Shown piece by piece: positions 15,015 through 22,987 of a DNA stretch of 43,651 bases. The notes under the pieces are model-generated. The model saw only the letters and a program-made list of their open reading frames with translations, did no database searches and was not told where the DNA came from. This stretch comes from an uncultured Dehalococcoidales bacterium (lineage in GTDB: Bacteria; Chloroflexota; Dehalococcoidia; GIF9; AB-539-J10), in the NCBI GenBank assembly GCA_964633085.1, contig CAZWDC010000019.1, positions 1-43,651 of the forward strand. Direction: 5' to 3'. The position numbers were made by a program, and so were the translations under genes. Numbering within the stretch: position 1 is the stretch's first letter; each line of letters begins with the position of its first letter.

Positions 15015-15045
15015 GATAGTTTCCCCTGAGACCATAGCACCAAGA

Positions 15046-15192
15046 CAAATTCTAACCCCTAAGCTCTAAACAAATCCCAATGTCAAAATTCAAATTTCTA
15101 AACTGTTTTGGTCATTTGTACTTTGGTTATTTGACATTGTTTAGGGTTTAGATATTAGGATTTAGTGTTTTCACTTCAGGGCTTAGGATTTT
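15046..15192. repeat. Structured intergenic repeat, copy 2 (AAATCCTAAAC / GTTTAGGATTT family)
   Basis: The left arm is ctaacccctaagctctaaacaaatccc... and the right arm is ...gtttagggtttagatattaggatttagtgtttt...cttaggatttt. The core pairs perfectly: caatgtcaaa (15078-15087) with tttgacattg (15130-15139). Confidence 0.55.
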
Positions 15193-15225
15193 CTTAATTC
15201 CAGAGCTTACCTGTGGACACAACTG

Positions 15226-16020
15226 CTAGGCCTTCCCACTCTTTACACTATCGTATAGTTTCTGGGCCTGCTCAGGAGTGGCGTTCTCATGGATAATAGC
15301 GCGGAGGGCTCTTATCATAGCCACGGGGTGCTCATTTTGCCAGATGTTTCTCCCCAAATTCACGCCGATGGCGCCTTTTTGAATACCGTCATAAACAAAT
15401 TTAAGCACTTCAAATCCACTACTTACTTTCGGACCACCAGCAATGACTACGGGAACGGGGCAGCCCTTGGTAACCCTCTCGAATCTTTCACAATAGTAGG
15501 TCTTTACCAGTCGAGCGCCCAGCTCAGCAGCGATACGACAGGACAGAGCAAGATAGCGAGACTCACGCTTCTCCAGTTCTCGGCCCACGGCGGTAACTGC
15601 CATTACCGGGATGCCATACCTTTCCCCTTCGTCAACAAGCTTGGCCAGATTTAGCAAGGAATCGTGTTCATAATCAGTTCCGACGAAGATAGAGAGGCCC
15701 ACGGCACAGGCATTGAGTCGGATGGCTTCCTCCATCGAGGTAGTTATTCCCTCGTGAGCCAAGTCTTTTCCCTTGATACTGGTGCCGCCGGAGACTCTCA
15801 GGATAATCGGTTTCGCCTTATCAGAGTCTACACATGACCTCAAAACTCCCCTGGTAATAAAAATCGCATCGGTATAGGGGATGAGAGGTTCGAGTGTTTT
15901 CCGCGGGTTCTCTAGTTTTTTGATAGGACCTTGAAAATAGCCATGGTCCACAGGTAAAAACAAACAGCGACCATCCGCTTGAATTAATTGCGCCAGACGG
16001 TTTTGCATACCCCAATCCAT
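15226..16020 (-). CDS. DhnA-type class I aldolase (FBP aldolase / ADH-synthase / LsrF family)
   Basis: 264 aa. The translation contains LFLPVDHGYFQGP, KTYY and GRNIWQ, consistent with this TIM-barrel Schiff-base aldolase family. The exact substrate is not assignable. Confidence 0.7.
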   Translation of the reverse strand: MDWGMQNRLAQLIQADGRCLFLPVDHGYFQGPIKKLENPRKTLEPLIPYTDAIFITRGVLRSCVDSDKAKPIILRVSGGTSIKGKDLAHEGITTSMEEAIRLNACAVGLSIFVGTDYEHDSLLNLAKLVDEGERYGIPVMAVTAVGRELEKRESRYLALSCRIAAELGARLVKTYYCERFERVTKGCPVPVVIAGGPKVSSGFEVLKFVYDGIQKGAIGVNLGRNIWQNEHPVAMIRALRAIIHENATPEQAQKLYDSVKSGKA

Positions 16021-16103
16021 GAGAACAAACCTCCTCTCTATGAGATTTTGAAACCATTATAGCACAGGAACACTCAAATTTTTCCCTGGGCAAGCCTCAA
16101 AAG

Positions 16104-16132
16104 TTGCATACCCTTAGAAGATAGGCTATACT
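16104..16132 (+). promoter_or_regulatory. Promoter of the orphan 5S rRNA gene
   Basis: TTGCAT (16104-16109), a 17-nt spacer, then TATACT (16127-16132). The predicted start falls within a few nt of the 5S helix I 5-prime end. Confidence 0.55.
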
Positions 16133-16140
16133 TTATTAAG

Positions 16141-16270
16141 AGAGCTTCTTGGTGACTCTAGCGGAGTGGAACCACCCGTTCCCATCCCGAACACGGAAGT
16201 GAAACGCTCCAGCGCAGACGATACTTGAGGGGGGACCCTCTGGGAAAATATGCCGTTGCCAAGAAGCTCT
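16141..16270 (+). rRNA. rrf: 5S ribosomal RNA (stand-alone; no 23S/16S nearby)
   Basis: It contains the universal 5S core ...CCACCCGTTCCCATCCCGAACACGGAAGTGAAACGCTCCAGCGC.GA.GATACTTG.... The ends agagcttcttggtgac and gttgccaagaagctct pair as helix I. The mature ends may be a few nt inside these limits. Confidence 0.9.
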
Positions 16271-16400
16271 AATTCTATTGAATTCAACTACCAAAATCTC
16301 GTGATTCCCGTGGAAATATGTGAATCCGAAATTCGAACCTATCGGGGCTCCAAAAAGTAGAAGATTTTGGTGGGTTGATTTAGGATAATGTAGGAGGGGG

Positions 16401-17459
16401 GTGGTACATGCTATGCTAGAAAAGCAACGGGATTCACGACCACCTTGGGGTTGGAGACAGATCGCCCGCTTTGTTAGAACTATCTTAGCAAGTCGGGCCG
16501 ACAGGCGGGGCCCGTTTCTGCTCTCCCATCTGATCACAGGACGGTGCAATTGCCAGTGCCCGACGTGTCTTTGGCGTAATAATGAAGCAGACGAACTTGA
16601 AACAAGCGCGATCGAACGGCTCTATCGGGGCGCGAAGGATGCGGGATTTTTAGTAAATGCGATATGGGGTGGGGAGCCTCTCCTACGCCAAGACCTTGGC
16701 CAACTCTGTCGTTCTTCCCGTGAAAACGGAATGATGACGACGGTGATCACCAATGGATTTCTTCTACCAGACAGAGCACATGAAATCGGCAAAGAAGTCC
16801 ACTGTATTATAGTCTCCCTGGATTATCCGGAGAGCAAGGCTCATGATTCATTCAGGGGCATGCCGGGTCTTTTTGCTAAAGCTATCGAGGGCATAGAGGT
16901 CTTGAAGAGGATGAACTCGCCTAAGAAAATTATAATCAATTGTCTCCTCCACCGAGGGAATGAGAACATGATAGGGCAAATAGCAGACCTGGCCCGCTCT
17001 CTGGGCGTATCGCTTTGGGTCTGCCCGGCAAAGGAAGGGATTTCCAGAGAAACCGGGGAGACGAACAAGGAGGCTCTGGCATCGCGAGAGTCAGAGCAGC
17101 AAGCAGCCAGGGAGTTGCTTGACTTAAAAAAGAGAGGCTATCCAATAAATAATTCCCGAACTTATCTGCAGAGATACCTGCTGAATATGACGCCTTACGT
17201 TTGCCGTGTCCCTTTTGTTTTTATAACCGTGACTCCAGAAGGCAACGTAACGAACTGTTTCAACCATGACAGACCCTATGGAAATGTGAGAGCCTCCCCA
17301 TTCGATGAGATAATGAAAAACTGGGACCGTCGTGAGGCGGCAAACATCACAAAGGGGTGCTGGAAATGCAATAACCCGGATGTAGTCGATACATCATACG
17401 TCTGGGAGTTGAGACTAGAACCTTCATGGAATTTACTCAAAACCTTCCTGCCTAAATGA
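16401..17459 (+). CDS. Radical SAM enzyme with Cys-rich C-terminal (SPASM/twitch-like) region, unknown substrate
   Basis: It has the CxxxCxxC motif CNCQCPTC, GGEPLL, and C-terminal cysteines (CRVP...NCFNH...GCWKCNNPD). The start is ambiguous: GTG at 16401 lies right after AGGAGG, or ATG at 16413. Confidence 0.75.
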   Translation: MVHAMLEKQRDSRPPWGWRQIARFVRTILASRADRRGPFLLSHLITGRCNCQCPTCLWRNNEADELETSAIERLYRGAKDAGFLVNAIWGGEPLLRQDLGQLCRSSRENGMMTTVITNGFLLPDRAHEIGKEVHCIIVSLDYPESKAHDSFRGMPGLFAKAIEGIEVLKRMNSPKKIIINCLLHRGNENMIGQIADLARSLGVSLWVCPAKEGISRETGETNKEALASRESEQQAARELLDLKKRGYPINNSRTYLQRYLLNMTPYVCRVPFVFITVTPEGNVTNCFNHDRPYGNVRASPFDEIMKNWDRREAANITKGCWKCNNPDVVDTSYVWELRLEPSWNLLKTFLPK

Positions 17460-17492
17460 GTGTATTATTATTTCTAAAAGGAGGGGGAAAAA

Positions 17493-18413
17493 ATGAATGC
17501 AGTACAAACCTTTAAGCTCACCAAGGAGTTTGATGGCTTAGTAGCGGTAAACGGCATTGACCTAGAGATAAAGCAGGGCGAGCTTTTCTCCCTCCTCGGC
17601 CCTAACGGGGCAGGGAAGACTACCGCTATCAGGATGCTATGTTGCCTCTTAAAGCCAACCAGAGGGACCGCTTCCATATTAGGCTATGATATTGCTAAGG
17701 AGCCGTTTAAGGTCAAGGAATTCATCGGCGTATCACCTCAAGACACTGTGCTCTCCGAGCGCCTTAACTGTTGGGAGAACCTGGCTCTAATTGGCAAGGT
17801 CTATGGCCTGAGCTCTAACGAAGTAAACCGCCGTTCGAAGGAACTACTGAAGACGATGGGGCTTATGGAAAGGTCTAAAGACCAAGTGCGGAAGTTTTCC
17901 GGCGGGATGAAAAGGAGACTCAGCATCGCTATGGCCCTTGTCTCCGACCCTCAGGTGTTATTTCTGGATGAACCTACCTTAGGCCTCGACCCCCAGGCAA
18001 GAAGAGCCATCTGGGAATATATAGCTGAGCTTAAGGGAAAGAAGACCATTCTTCTCACCACCCACTATATGGAGGAAGCCGATTCCCTCTCCGACCGAAT
18101 AGGGATTATTGACGAAGGAAGGGTTGTAGCTTTGGGTACGTCTCAAGAGCTAAAGACAAATGCCCTTGAGATGCGCAGCATAGTCATCTCGGCGGAGAAT
18201 CTCACCGCCGAAGTCATGAAGGATTTACAAAGCAGATATTCCAGGGTGGAGAAGGTCAATGGGGAGCTTAGGATTTCCCACAAGGACTTAGACTTCAAAG
18301 AGATCGTGGACTATCTCCATTCTCGAGGAGTTACCGTTTATTCCGCAGCTTTAGAGCAGCCAACCCTGGAGGACGTCTTTATCCAGATAACGGGAAAGAA
18401 GCTTAGAGACTAG
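17493..18413 (+). CDS. ABC transporter ATP-binding protein (ABC-2/DrrA-like), copy 1
   Basis: Walker A is GPNGAGKTT, the signature is FSGGMKRRL, and Walker B is LFLDEPTLGLD. Confidence 0.9.
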   Translation: MNAVQTFKLTKEFDGLVAVNGIDLEIKQGELFSLLGPNGAGKTTAIRMLCCLLKPTRGTASILGYDIAKEPFKVKEFIGVSPQDTVLSERLNCWENLALIGKVYGLSSNEVNRRSKELLKTMGLMERSKDQVRKFSGGMKRRLSIAMALVSDPQVLFLDEPTLGLDPQARRAIWEYIAELKGKKTILLTTHYMEEADSLSDRIGIIDEGRVVALGTSQELKTNALEMRSIVISAENLTAEVMKDLQSRYSRVEKVNGELRISHKDLDFKEIVDYLHSRGVTVYSAALEQPTLEDVFIQITGKKLRD

Positions 18414-18429
18414 AAAGGAGGTGAAGGAA

Positions 18430-19509
18430 ATGAAGTTCTGGGAAATTGGCAAAAGGAATCTGAAGGAGATTTATAGAAACCCAGTGCTTCTGGGTTTCCT
18501 CCTGGGAATGCCCGTTGCCTTTATGCTGGTATTTTGCTCTGCCATGGGTGGAGCCCAGGCCAGCCCTATCTCGATGCGCATAGTGGATGAAGACCATTCT
18601 CAAACCTCCTCTGCCTTTATACAATATCTCGGAAGCACAGAGGCTATTGAGCTGCATGAGCCGATATACAGTGAAAAATCTCAGGCCCAAGAGGACCTAG
18701 AGGACGGCAGAATATCATTTTATTTATTCATTCCCTCAGGATTCGAGGAGGCAAAGCAGGCCCAACAGACTATCAACTTGGAGTTAGTCTACAAGGCAGC
18801 CGACCCGATGCTAGGTCTACAAGTAAAACCTATAATAGAGGCTGTTGGCTCTGAATTCCTGGGAGTGGCTCCCCCCTTAATTGTCGAGCTAAGAGGAACG
18901 GAAAGCAAAATAAAGAATGATGTTGTCAATTTCTTTGCTCCCGGCATAGCTGTTTACGGACTCATGATTCTGGTTTCCACAGCGGCGCAGATAATTGCCA
19001 ATGATAGGGAGAAGGGCTTTCTAGCTCGAATGTTCACCACCCCGGCAAGACCTTGGGATTTCATTCTGGGTTATTCCTTGCCCTTCATCCCGGTGCTCAT
19101 CATCTCCACGTTGATTTATCTTAGCGCAGGGATGGCACTGGGCTTGACTGTTGTCGGCAATCTGGGGTACGCCTTTCTTATCTTCTTTCTTATCGGGCTT
19201 TGCTCTATCGGGATAGGCATGATAGCGGGCAGCTTAGTTAAAAGCGAGTCTCAAACGGGTATTGTCTGGCTCTTCATCGTTCCCATGGCTATGATCTCCG
19301 GGGCCTGGTTCTCAGTGGGAGGTATGCCTTCAGCTATTAAAAGGGTTGCTGAAGCCCTTCCCTTCATCCATGCCATAGACGCCTCTCGAGCTGTTATCAA
19401 CGGCTCCTCTCTCTCAGCTATCATGCCCGATCTTTACTGGCTTGTTGGTTGGGCAGTCGTCCTATTTGCTGCCGGGATTATATTATTCAGAAGGACAATG
19501 TTAAGTTAG
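18430..19509 (+). CDS. ABC-2 type permease with large extracytoplasmic loop, copy 1
   Basis: There is an N-terminal TM segment, a soluble loop of about 150 aa, then 5 hydrophobic segments. The ATG at 18430 lies 9 nt after AAAGGAGG. The track start is GTG at 18421. Confidence 0.8.
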   Translation: MKFWEIGKRNLKEIYRNPVLLGFLLGMPVAFMLVFCSAMGGAQASPISMRIVDEDHSQTSSAFIQYLGSTEAIELHEPIYSEKSQAQEDLEDGRISFYLFIPSGFEEAKQAQQTINLELVYKAADPMLGLQVKPIIEAVGSEFLGVAPPLIVELRGTESKIKNDVVNFFAPGIAVYGLMILVSTAAQIIANDREKGFLARMFTTPARPWDFILGYSLPFIPVLIISTLIYLSAGMALGLTVVGNLGYAFLIFFLIGLCSIGIGMIAGSLVKSESQTGIVWLFIVPMAMISGAWFSVGGMPSAIKRVAEALPFIHAIDASRAVINGSSLSAIMPDLYWLVGWAVVLFAAGIILFRRTMLS

Positions 19510-19570
19510 AGCTTGTGTCATATCATCTCTCTAACTCCACCCGGTTAGGCTCAAAATCAATTTTGTCGGC

Positions 19571-19603
19571 GACCCCAAAAAGTCTGCAAGACTTTTGGGG
19601 GTC
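19571..19603. terminator. Bidirectional terminator hairpin between convergent genes
   Basis: gaccccaaaaagtct-gca-agacttttgggggtc forms a 15-bp stem with one mismatch. A/T runs flank it on both sides. Confidence 0.6.
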
Positions 19604-20375
19604 AATCTAATTGTGCCAGGTCGAACTTCATGCCATCCCTGGCGGCAATGACCGCAATTCCGGTTTCTTGGGTCAATTTCCTAGCTAGCTCCCAGGGCTT
19701 AGCCCGCCACATGGTCATGCCGAAATGAGTCAGGATGGCTATCCTTGGCCTTACCTGCTCGATTATGCTCCGGGCTTCAGGAAGAGATAGATGGTCAAGA
19801 GGAGCTCCTGGCTTCAAGCGAACCACATTGATAATCAACAAATCGCCTCCATAATGACTGGCCAAATCGTCAAAATATCTGGTGTCGGTAATCCAAGAGA
19901 AGGTATGGCGCGGCGTTTTAAATACAAAGCCGTATGTCTCCACAGGATGCTTATGCCTGACCGGGGTCGTAAAAGAAACGTCGTTTATTGTGTAAGACCC
20001 GCCTTCGGTTAAGACCTGCATACTCTGGGGATAAGACCGCAGATAAGACAAAACAACAGGGTCTTGATTCAGGGCATCGGCGGGAGCGAATACCATGCCG
20101 CGCTTCTTGGTGCCTCCGTCGGTCATGGCTTCAATCATGATGTTAATGTCCCCGCTGTGGTCCAAATGCTTATGAGACAAGATAATAGCGTCCAGTTTCG
20201 TAGCATCGAGCTTTATCTTGGCAACCTGAACGAGGCAGCCAGGCCCAGGGTCAAGGAGTATTTGAGTGTCACGAAGGTTAAGCCAGGCACCCCCGGAAGC
20301 CAGAAACTGGCGAACCACGACGAAGCGAGCACCGGCAGTGCCTAGAAAGGTGATTATGTCGCTCAATTCAGCCAC
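19602..20375 (-). CDS. MBL-fold metallo-hydrolase
   Basis: It has the HxHxDH motif (SHKHLDHSG). The GTG at 20375 (VAELSDIITFLGTAG) fits the usual family N-terminus. The track start at 20435 is TTG, only 11 nt from the divergent gene. Confidence 0.8.
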   Translation of the reverse strand: MAELSDIITFLGTAGARFVVVRQFLASGGAWLNLRDTQILLDPGPGCLVQVAKIKLDATKLDAIILSHKHLDHSGDINIMIEAMTDGGTKKRGMVFAPADALNQDPVVLSYLRSYPQSMQVLTEGGSYTINDVSFTTPVRHKHPVETYGFVFKTPRHTFSWITDTRYFDDLASHYGGDLLIINVVRLKPGAPLDHLSLPEARSIIEQVRPRIAILTHFGMTMWRAKPWELARKLTQETGIAVIAARDGMKFDLAQLD

Positions 20376-20446
20376 CAGTGAATTATAGCAAGGAAACCTG
20401 CTAAAATGATAAAGTAGAGGAAAGTGCAACAGCAAATAGGAGAATT

Positions 20447-21391
20447 ATGAGCTACAGGACAAACGGCAATCGTTTTGCCATTCAAACATTCAGCCTTTCC
20501 AGGAAATTCGGAGATTTGGTAGCAGTCAATAACATAGATTTGTCTATCAAGGAAGGAGAGCTATTCTCATTGCTGGGACCAAATGGCGCTGGCAAAACAA
20601 CTGCTATCAAGATGCTGTGCTGTTTGCTCAAGCCCAGCAGCGGCACAGCCACGATCATGGGTCATGATATAAATGAGGACCCCATGGCAGTGAAACAAAT
20701 AATAGATGTCTCGCCACAGGAGACAGCAATAGCAGAGCATCTTAACGCCTGGGAAAACTTGAGCTTGATTGGGGGGATACGTGGATTGGCGAAGGAAGAA
20801 GTGAAAGAGAGGTCAGAGGAATTGCTGGAGATAGTAGGCTTAACTAAGAGGGCAAAAGAGCAAGTAAGGAAATTTTCAGGAGGGATGAAAAGGAGGCTCA
20901 GCATTGCTATGGCTCTTGTTTCTGACCCCCAGGTGCTATTTCTGGATGAACCTACCCTGGGCCTCGATCCTCAGTCGAGAAGAGGCATGTGGGAACATAT
21001 AGCAGAGCTTAAGGGTAAAACAACGATACTGCTTACAACCCATTACTTAGAAGAGGCTGACGCCCTGGCGGATAGAATAGCGATAATAGACGAAGGCAAG
21101 ATAGCAGCCCTGGGAACTCCACAAGAGTTAAAAGATAGCATCTCCGATATGCAAGTCATGGTCGTCAAGGCGAAGAACCTGACGCCGGGTGCCATCGAGG
21201 GTCTCAAGGAGATATACTCAGAAGTAAAAGCGACAGAGGATGGAATTGAGATTAGAGCTAAAGAATTGAGTTTCTACGAGATAGTAGATTATTTGCGCCC
21301 CAGGGGAATTGCCATTCAGTCCGTGTCTCTAAAACAACCCACTTTGGACGATGTATTTCTGCATCTTACTGGAAAAGAGTTAAGAGAATGA
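20447..21391 (+). CDS. ABC transporter ATP-binding protein (ABC-2/DrrA-like), copy 2; paralog of 17493..18413
   Basis: It carries the same motifs as copy 1. A long run is identical in protein (KFSGGMKRRLSIAMALVSDPQVLFLDEPTLGLDPQ), but many synonymous differences at the DNA level indicate an old duplication. Confidence 0.9.
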   Translation: MSYRTNGNRFAIQTFSLSRKFGDLVAVNNIDLSIKEGELFSLLGPNGAGKTTAIKMLCCLLKPSSGTATIMGHDINEDPMAVKQIIDVSPQETAIAEHLNAWENLSLIGGIRGLAKEEVKERSEELLEIVGLTKRAKEQVRKFSGGMKRRLSIAMALVSDPQVLFLDEPTLGLDPQSRRGMWEHIAELKGKTTILLTTHYLEEADALADRIAIIDEGKIAALGTPQELKDSISDMQVMVVKAKNLTPGAIEGLKEIYSEVKATEDGIEIRAKELSFYEIVDYLRPRGIAIQSVSLKQPTLDDVFLHLTGKELRE

Positions 21392-22122
21392 GATTTGTGG
21401 AATTGGCCACAAGAAATTTCAAGGAGATGTGGCGAGACCCTATATCCATGGGCCTCGAAATAGGGATTCCCGCGGGTTTTCTGGCCATATTCTGGTCTCT
21501 TGGTCGGAATATGGGAGACCAAAGCTTTCTCACTATTACCATGTTAGTACCGGGAATGGCGGTCTTCAGTTTTGCTTTCTTATTAATGTTTTCAGCCATA
21601 CTGCTCGCCCGAGATAGGGAAGGCGCACTTTTATCAAGGCTCCTCACCGCCCCACTCAAGCCACATGATTTTATTTTGTCTTACTCCCTACCCTACATCC
21701 CCATGGTGATTCTGCAAATAGCGGTGTGCTTTGGCATAGGGGCTTTGCTGGGGCTCGAAGTACTTGGAAATGCCGGTCTGGCTTTTCTTATCCTTCTCGT
21801 CATGGGGATATGCTGTGTGGGACTGGGAATGATTCTGGGATTGCTTTTTGCTGCGCATCAGGCGTCGGGTGTTGGCTCAATAACAATAACCCTCGTAGCA
21901 TTACTCGGAGGAATCTGGATGGACTTAAAAATGATAGGGGGCGTGTTCTATGACGTAGGGAATGCTCTTCCTTTTGCCCATGCTGTTGATGCAGTCAGAG
22001 ATATCATAGTGCATGGTGCTGGTTTCAATGACATTGCCACAGATTTCTACTGGGTTCTGGGCTATGCCGTAGTGTTCTTTGCTTTAGGCACTTTCTTGTT
22101 CCGGCGGAGGATGGTGGAATGA
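21388..22122 (+). CDS. ABC-2 type permease, copy 2 (short form, no large loop)
   Basis: 244 aa with 6 hydrophobic segments. Its ATGA overlaps the ATPase stop. Confidence 0.8.
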   Translation: MRFVELATRNFKEMWRDPISMGLEIGIPAGFLAIFWSLGRNMGDQSFLTITMLVPGMAVFSFAFLLMFSAILLARDREGALLSRLLTAPLKPHDFILSYSLPYIPMVILQIAVCFGIGALLGLEVLGNAGLAFLILLVMGICCVGLGMILGLLFAAHQASGVGSITITLVALLGGIWMDLKMIGGVFYDVGNALPFAHAVDAVRDIIVHGAGFNDIATDFYWVLGYAVVFFALGTFLFRRRMVE

Positions 22123-22159
22123 ATAAAATTAAAACGCACTTAGCAGATAAGAGAGAATA

Positions 22160-22663
22160 ATGGCAGAACTGGAAGCAGAAATCGCCCGGCTAATAAAGGA
22201 ATACCAGGCCAACACGGGAAAACTTTTAACCATCGGCACTGTCGAGTCAGCTACCGGCGGCAGGATAGCCGACAGGATAACTAATGTGCCCGGCAGTTCG
22301 GATTACTTCAAGGGCTCGGTAGTGGCTTACAGCAACGAAGTGAAGATTGCCGTGGTGAGAGTAAAAAAGGCAACCATTGAAGAATACGGTGCCGTGAGTG
22401 AGCAAACAGCTTTGGAAATGGCTCGAGGTGGCAGGAAGCTCTTGAATGTGGACATATGCGTCTCCGATACCGGAATTGCCGGGCCTTCAGGTGGTAGTGC
22501 AGAGAAACCGGTGGGGCTATTTTACTTGGGCCTGGCTGCCAGAGATGAGAGTTTGTGTCACAAACATACTTTCCCGGGAAACCGCGAGGAGAACAAGCGG
22601 GACGCTGCAGATGCGGCACTAGACATGCTGAAGCAATATTTGCTGCGGCTCATCGGCAAGTAA
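22160..22663 (+). CDS. cinA: CinA C-terminal domain / nicotinamide-nucleotide amidohydrolase (PncC-like)
   Basis: 167 aa. The translation contains TVESATGGRIADRITNVPGSSDYFKGSVVAYSNEVK and GIAGPSGG. Confidence 0.8.
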   Translation: MAELEAEIARLIKEYQANTGKLLTIGTVESATGGRIADRITNVPGSSDYFKGSVVAYSNEVKIAVVRVKKATIEEYGAVSEQTALEMARGGRKLLNVDICVSDTGIAGPSGGSAEKPVGLFYLGLAARDESLCHKHTFPGNREENKRDAADAALDMLKQYLLRLIGK

Positions 22664-22677
22664 GGAGGCTAAAGACA

Positions 22678-22944
22678 ATGGCAACCGAGAAGTTCACTGT
22701 AGATGGAAGTGACGTAGTTGAGAAAATCAAGGAGCTGGTGCACCACGGAAATATCAGAAGGGTTCGCTTGATACACAAGGGACGCCCTCTGATAGACATC
22801 CCTCTGACAGTAGGTGTCGGTGTAGCGACGGTAACAGCCCTCGCAGCTCCAGTGCTGGCTGCGCTGGGAGCAATTGCTGCACTGGTCACAGAATGCACCA
22901 TCGAGGTGGAGAAAGTGGAAGACGCACCAGAAAAGAAGCAGTAG
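22678..22944 (+). CDS. DUF4342-like small protein
   Basis: The ATG at 22678 lies 9 nt after TAAGGAGG. The translation is MATEKFTVDGSDVVEKIKELVHHGNIRRVRLIHKGRPLIDIPLTVGV.... The track ORF from 22555 overlaps cinA and is over-extended. Confidence 0.65.
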   Translation: MATEKFTVDGSDVVEKIKELVHHGNIRRVRLIHKGRPLIDIPLTVGVGVATVTALAAPVLAALGAIAALVTECTIEVEKVEDAPEKKQ

Positions 22945-22987
22945 AAGGCTAGCTACCTTCACGGTATTTGAGGTATACTCTGCACCT

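Noticed and set aside
16271-16400. A RiPP precursor peptide might be encoded between the 5S gene and the radical SAM gene.
   Set aside because: The only ORFs there are trivial: ATG-TGA, ATG-TAG, and a 16-codon GTG ORF (MEICESEIRTYRGSKK). They have no SD and no leader/core-like features.
22555-22987. The track gives long N-terminal extensions for the DUF4342 gene (from 22555) and SepRS (from 22874).
   Set aside because: The extensions overlap the preceding genes, and their translations are Arg/Cys-rich junk. Internal ATGs at 22678 (after TAAGGAGG) and 22988 give family-typical N-termini.
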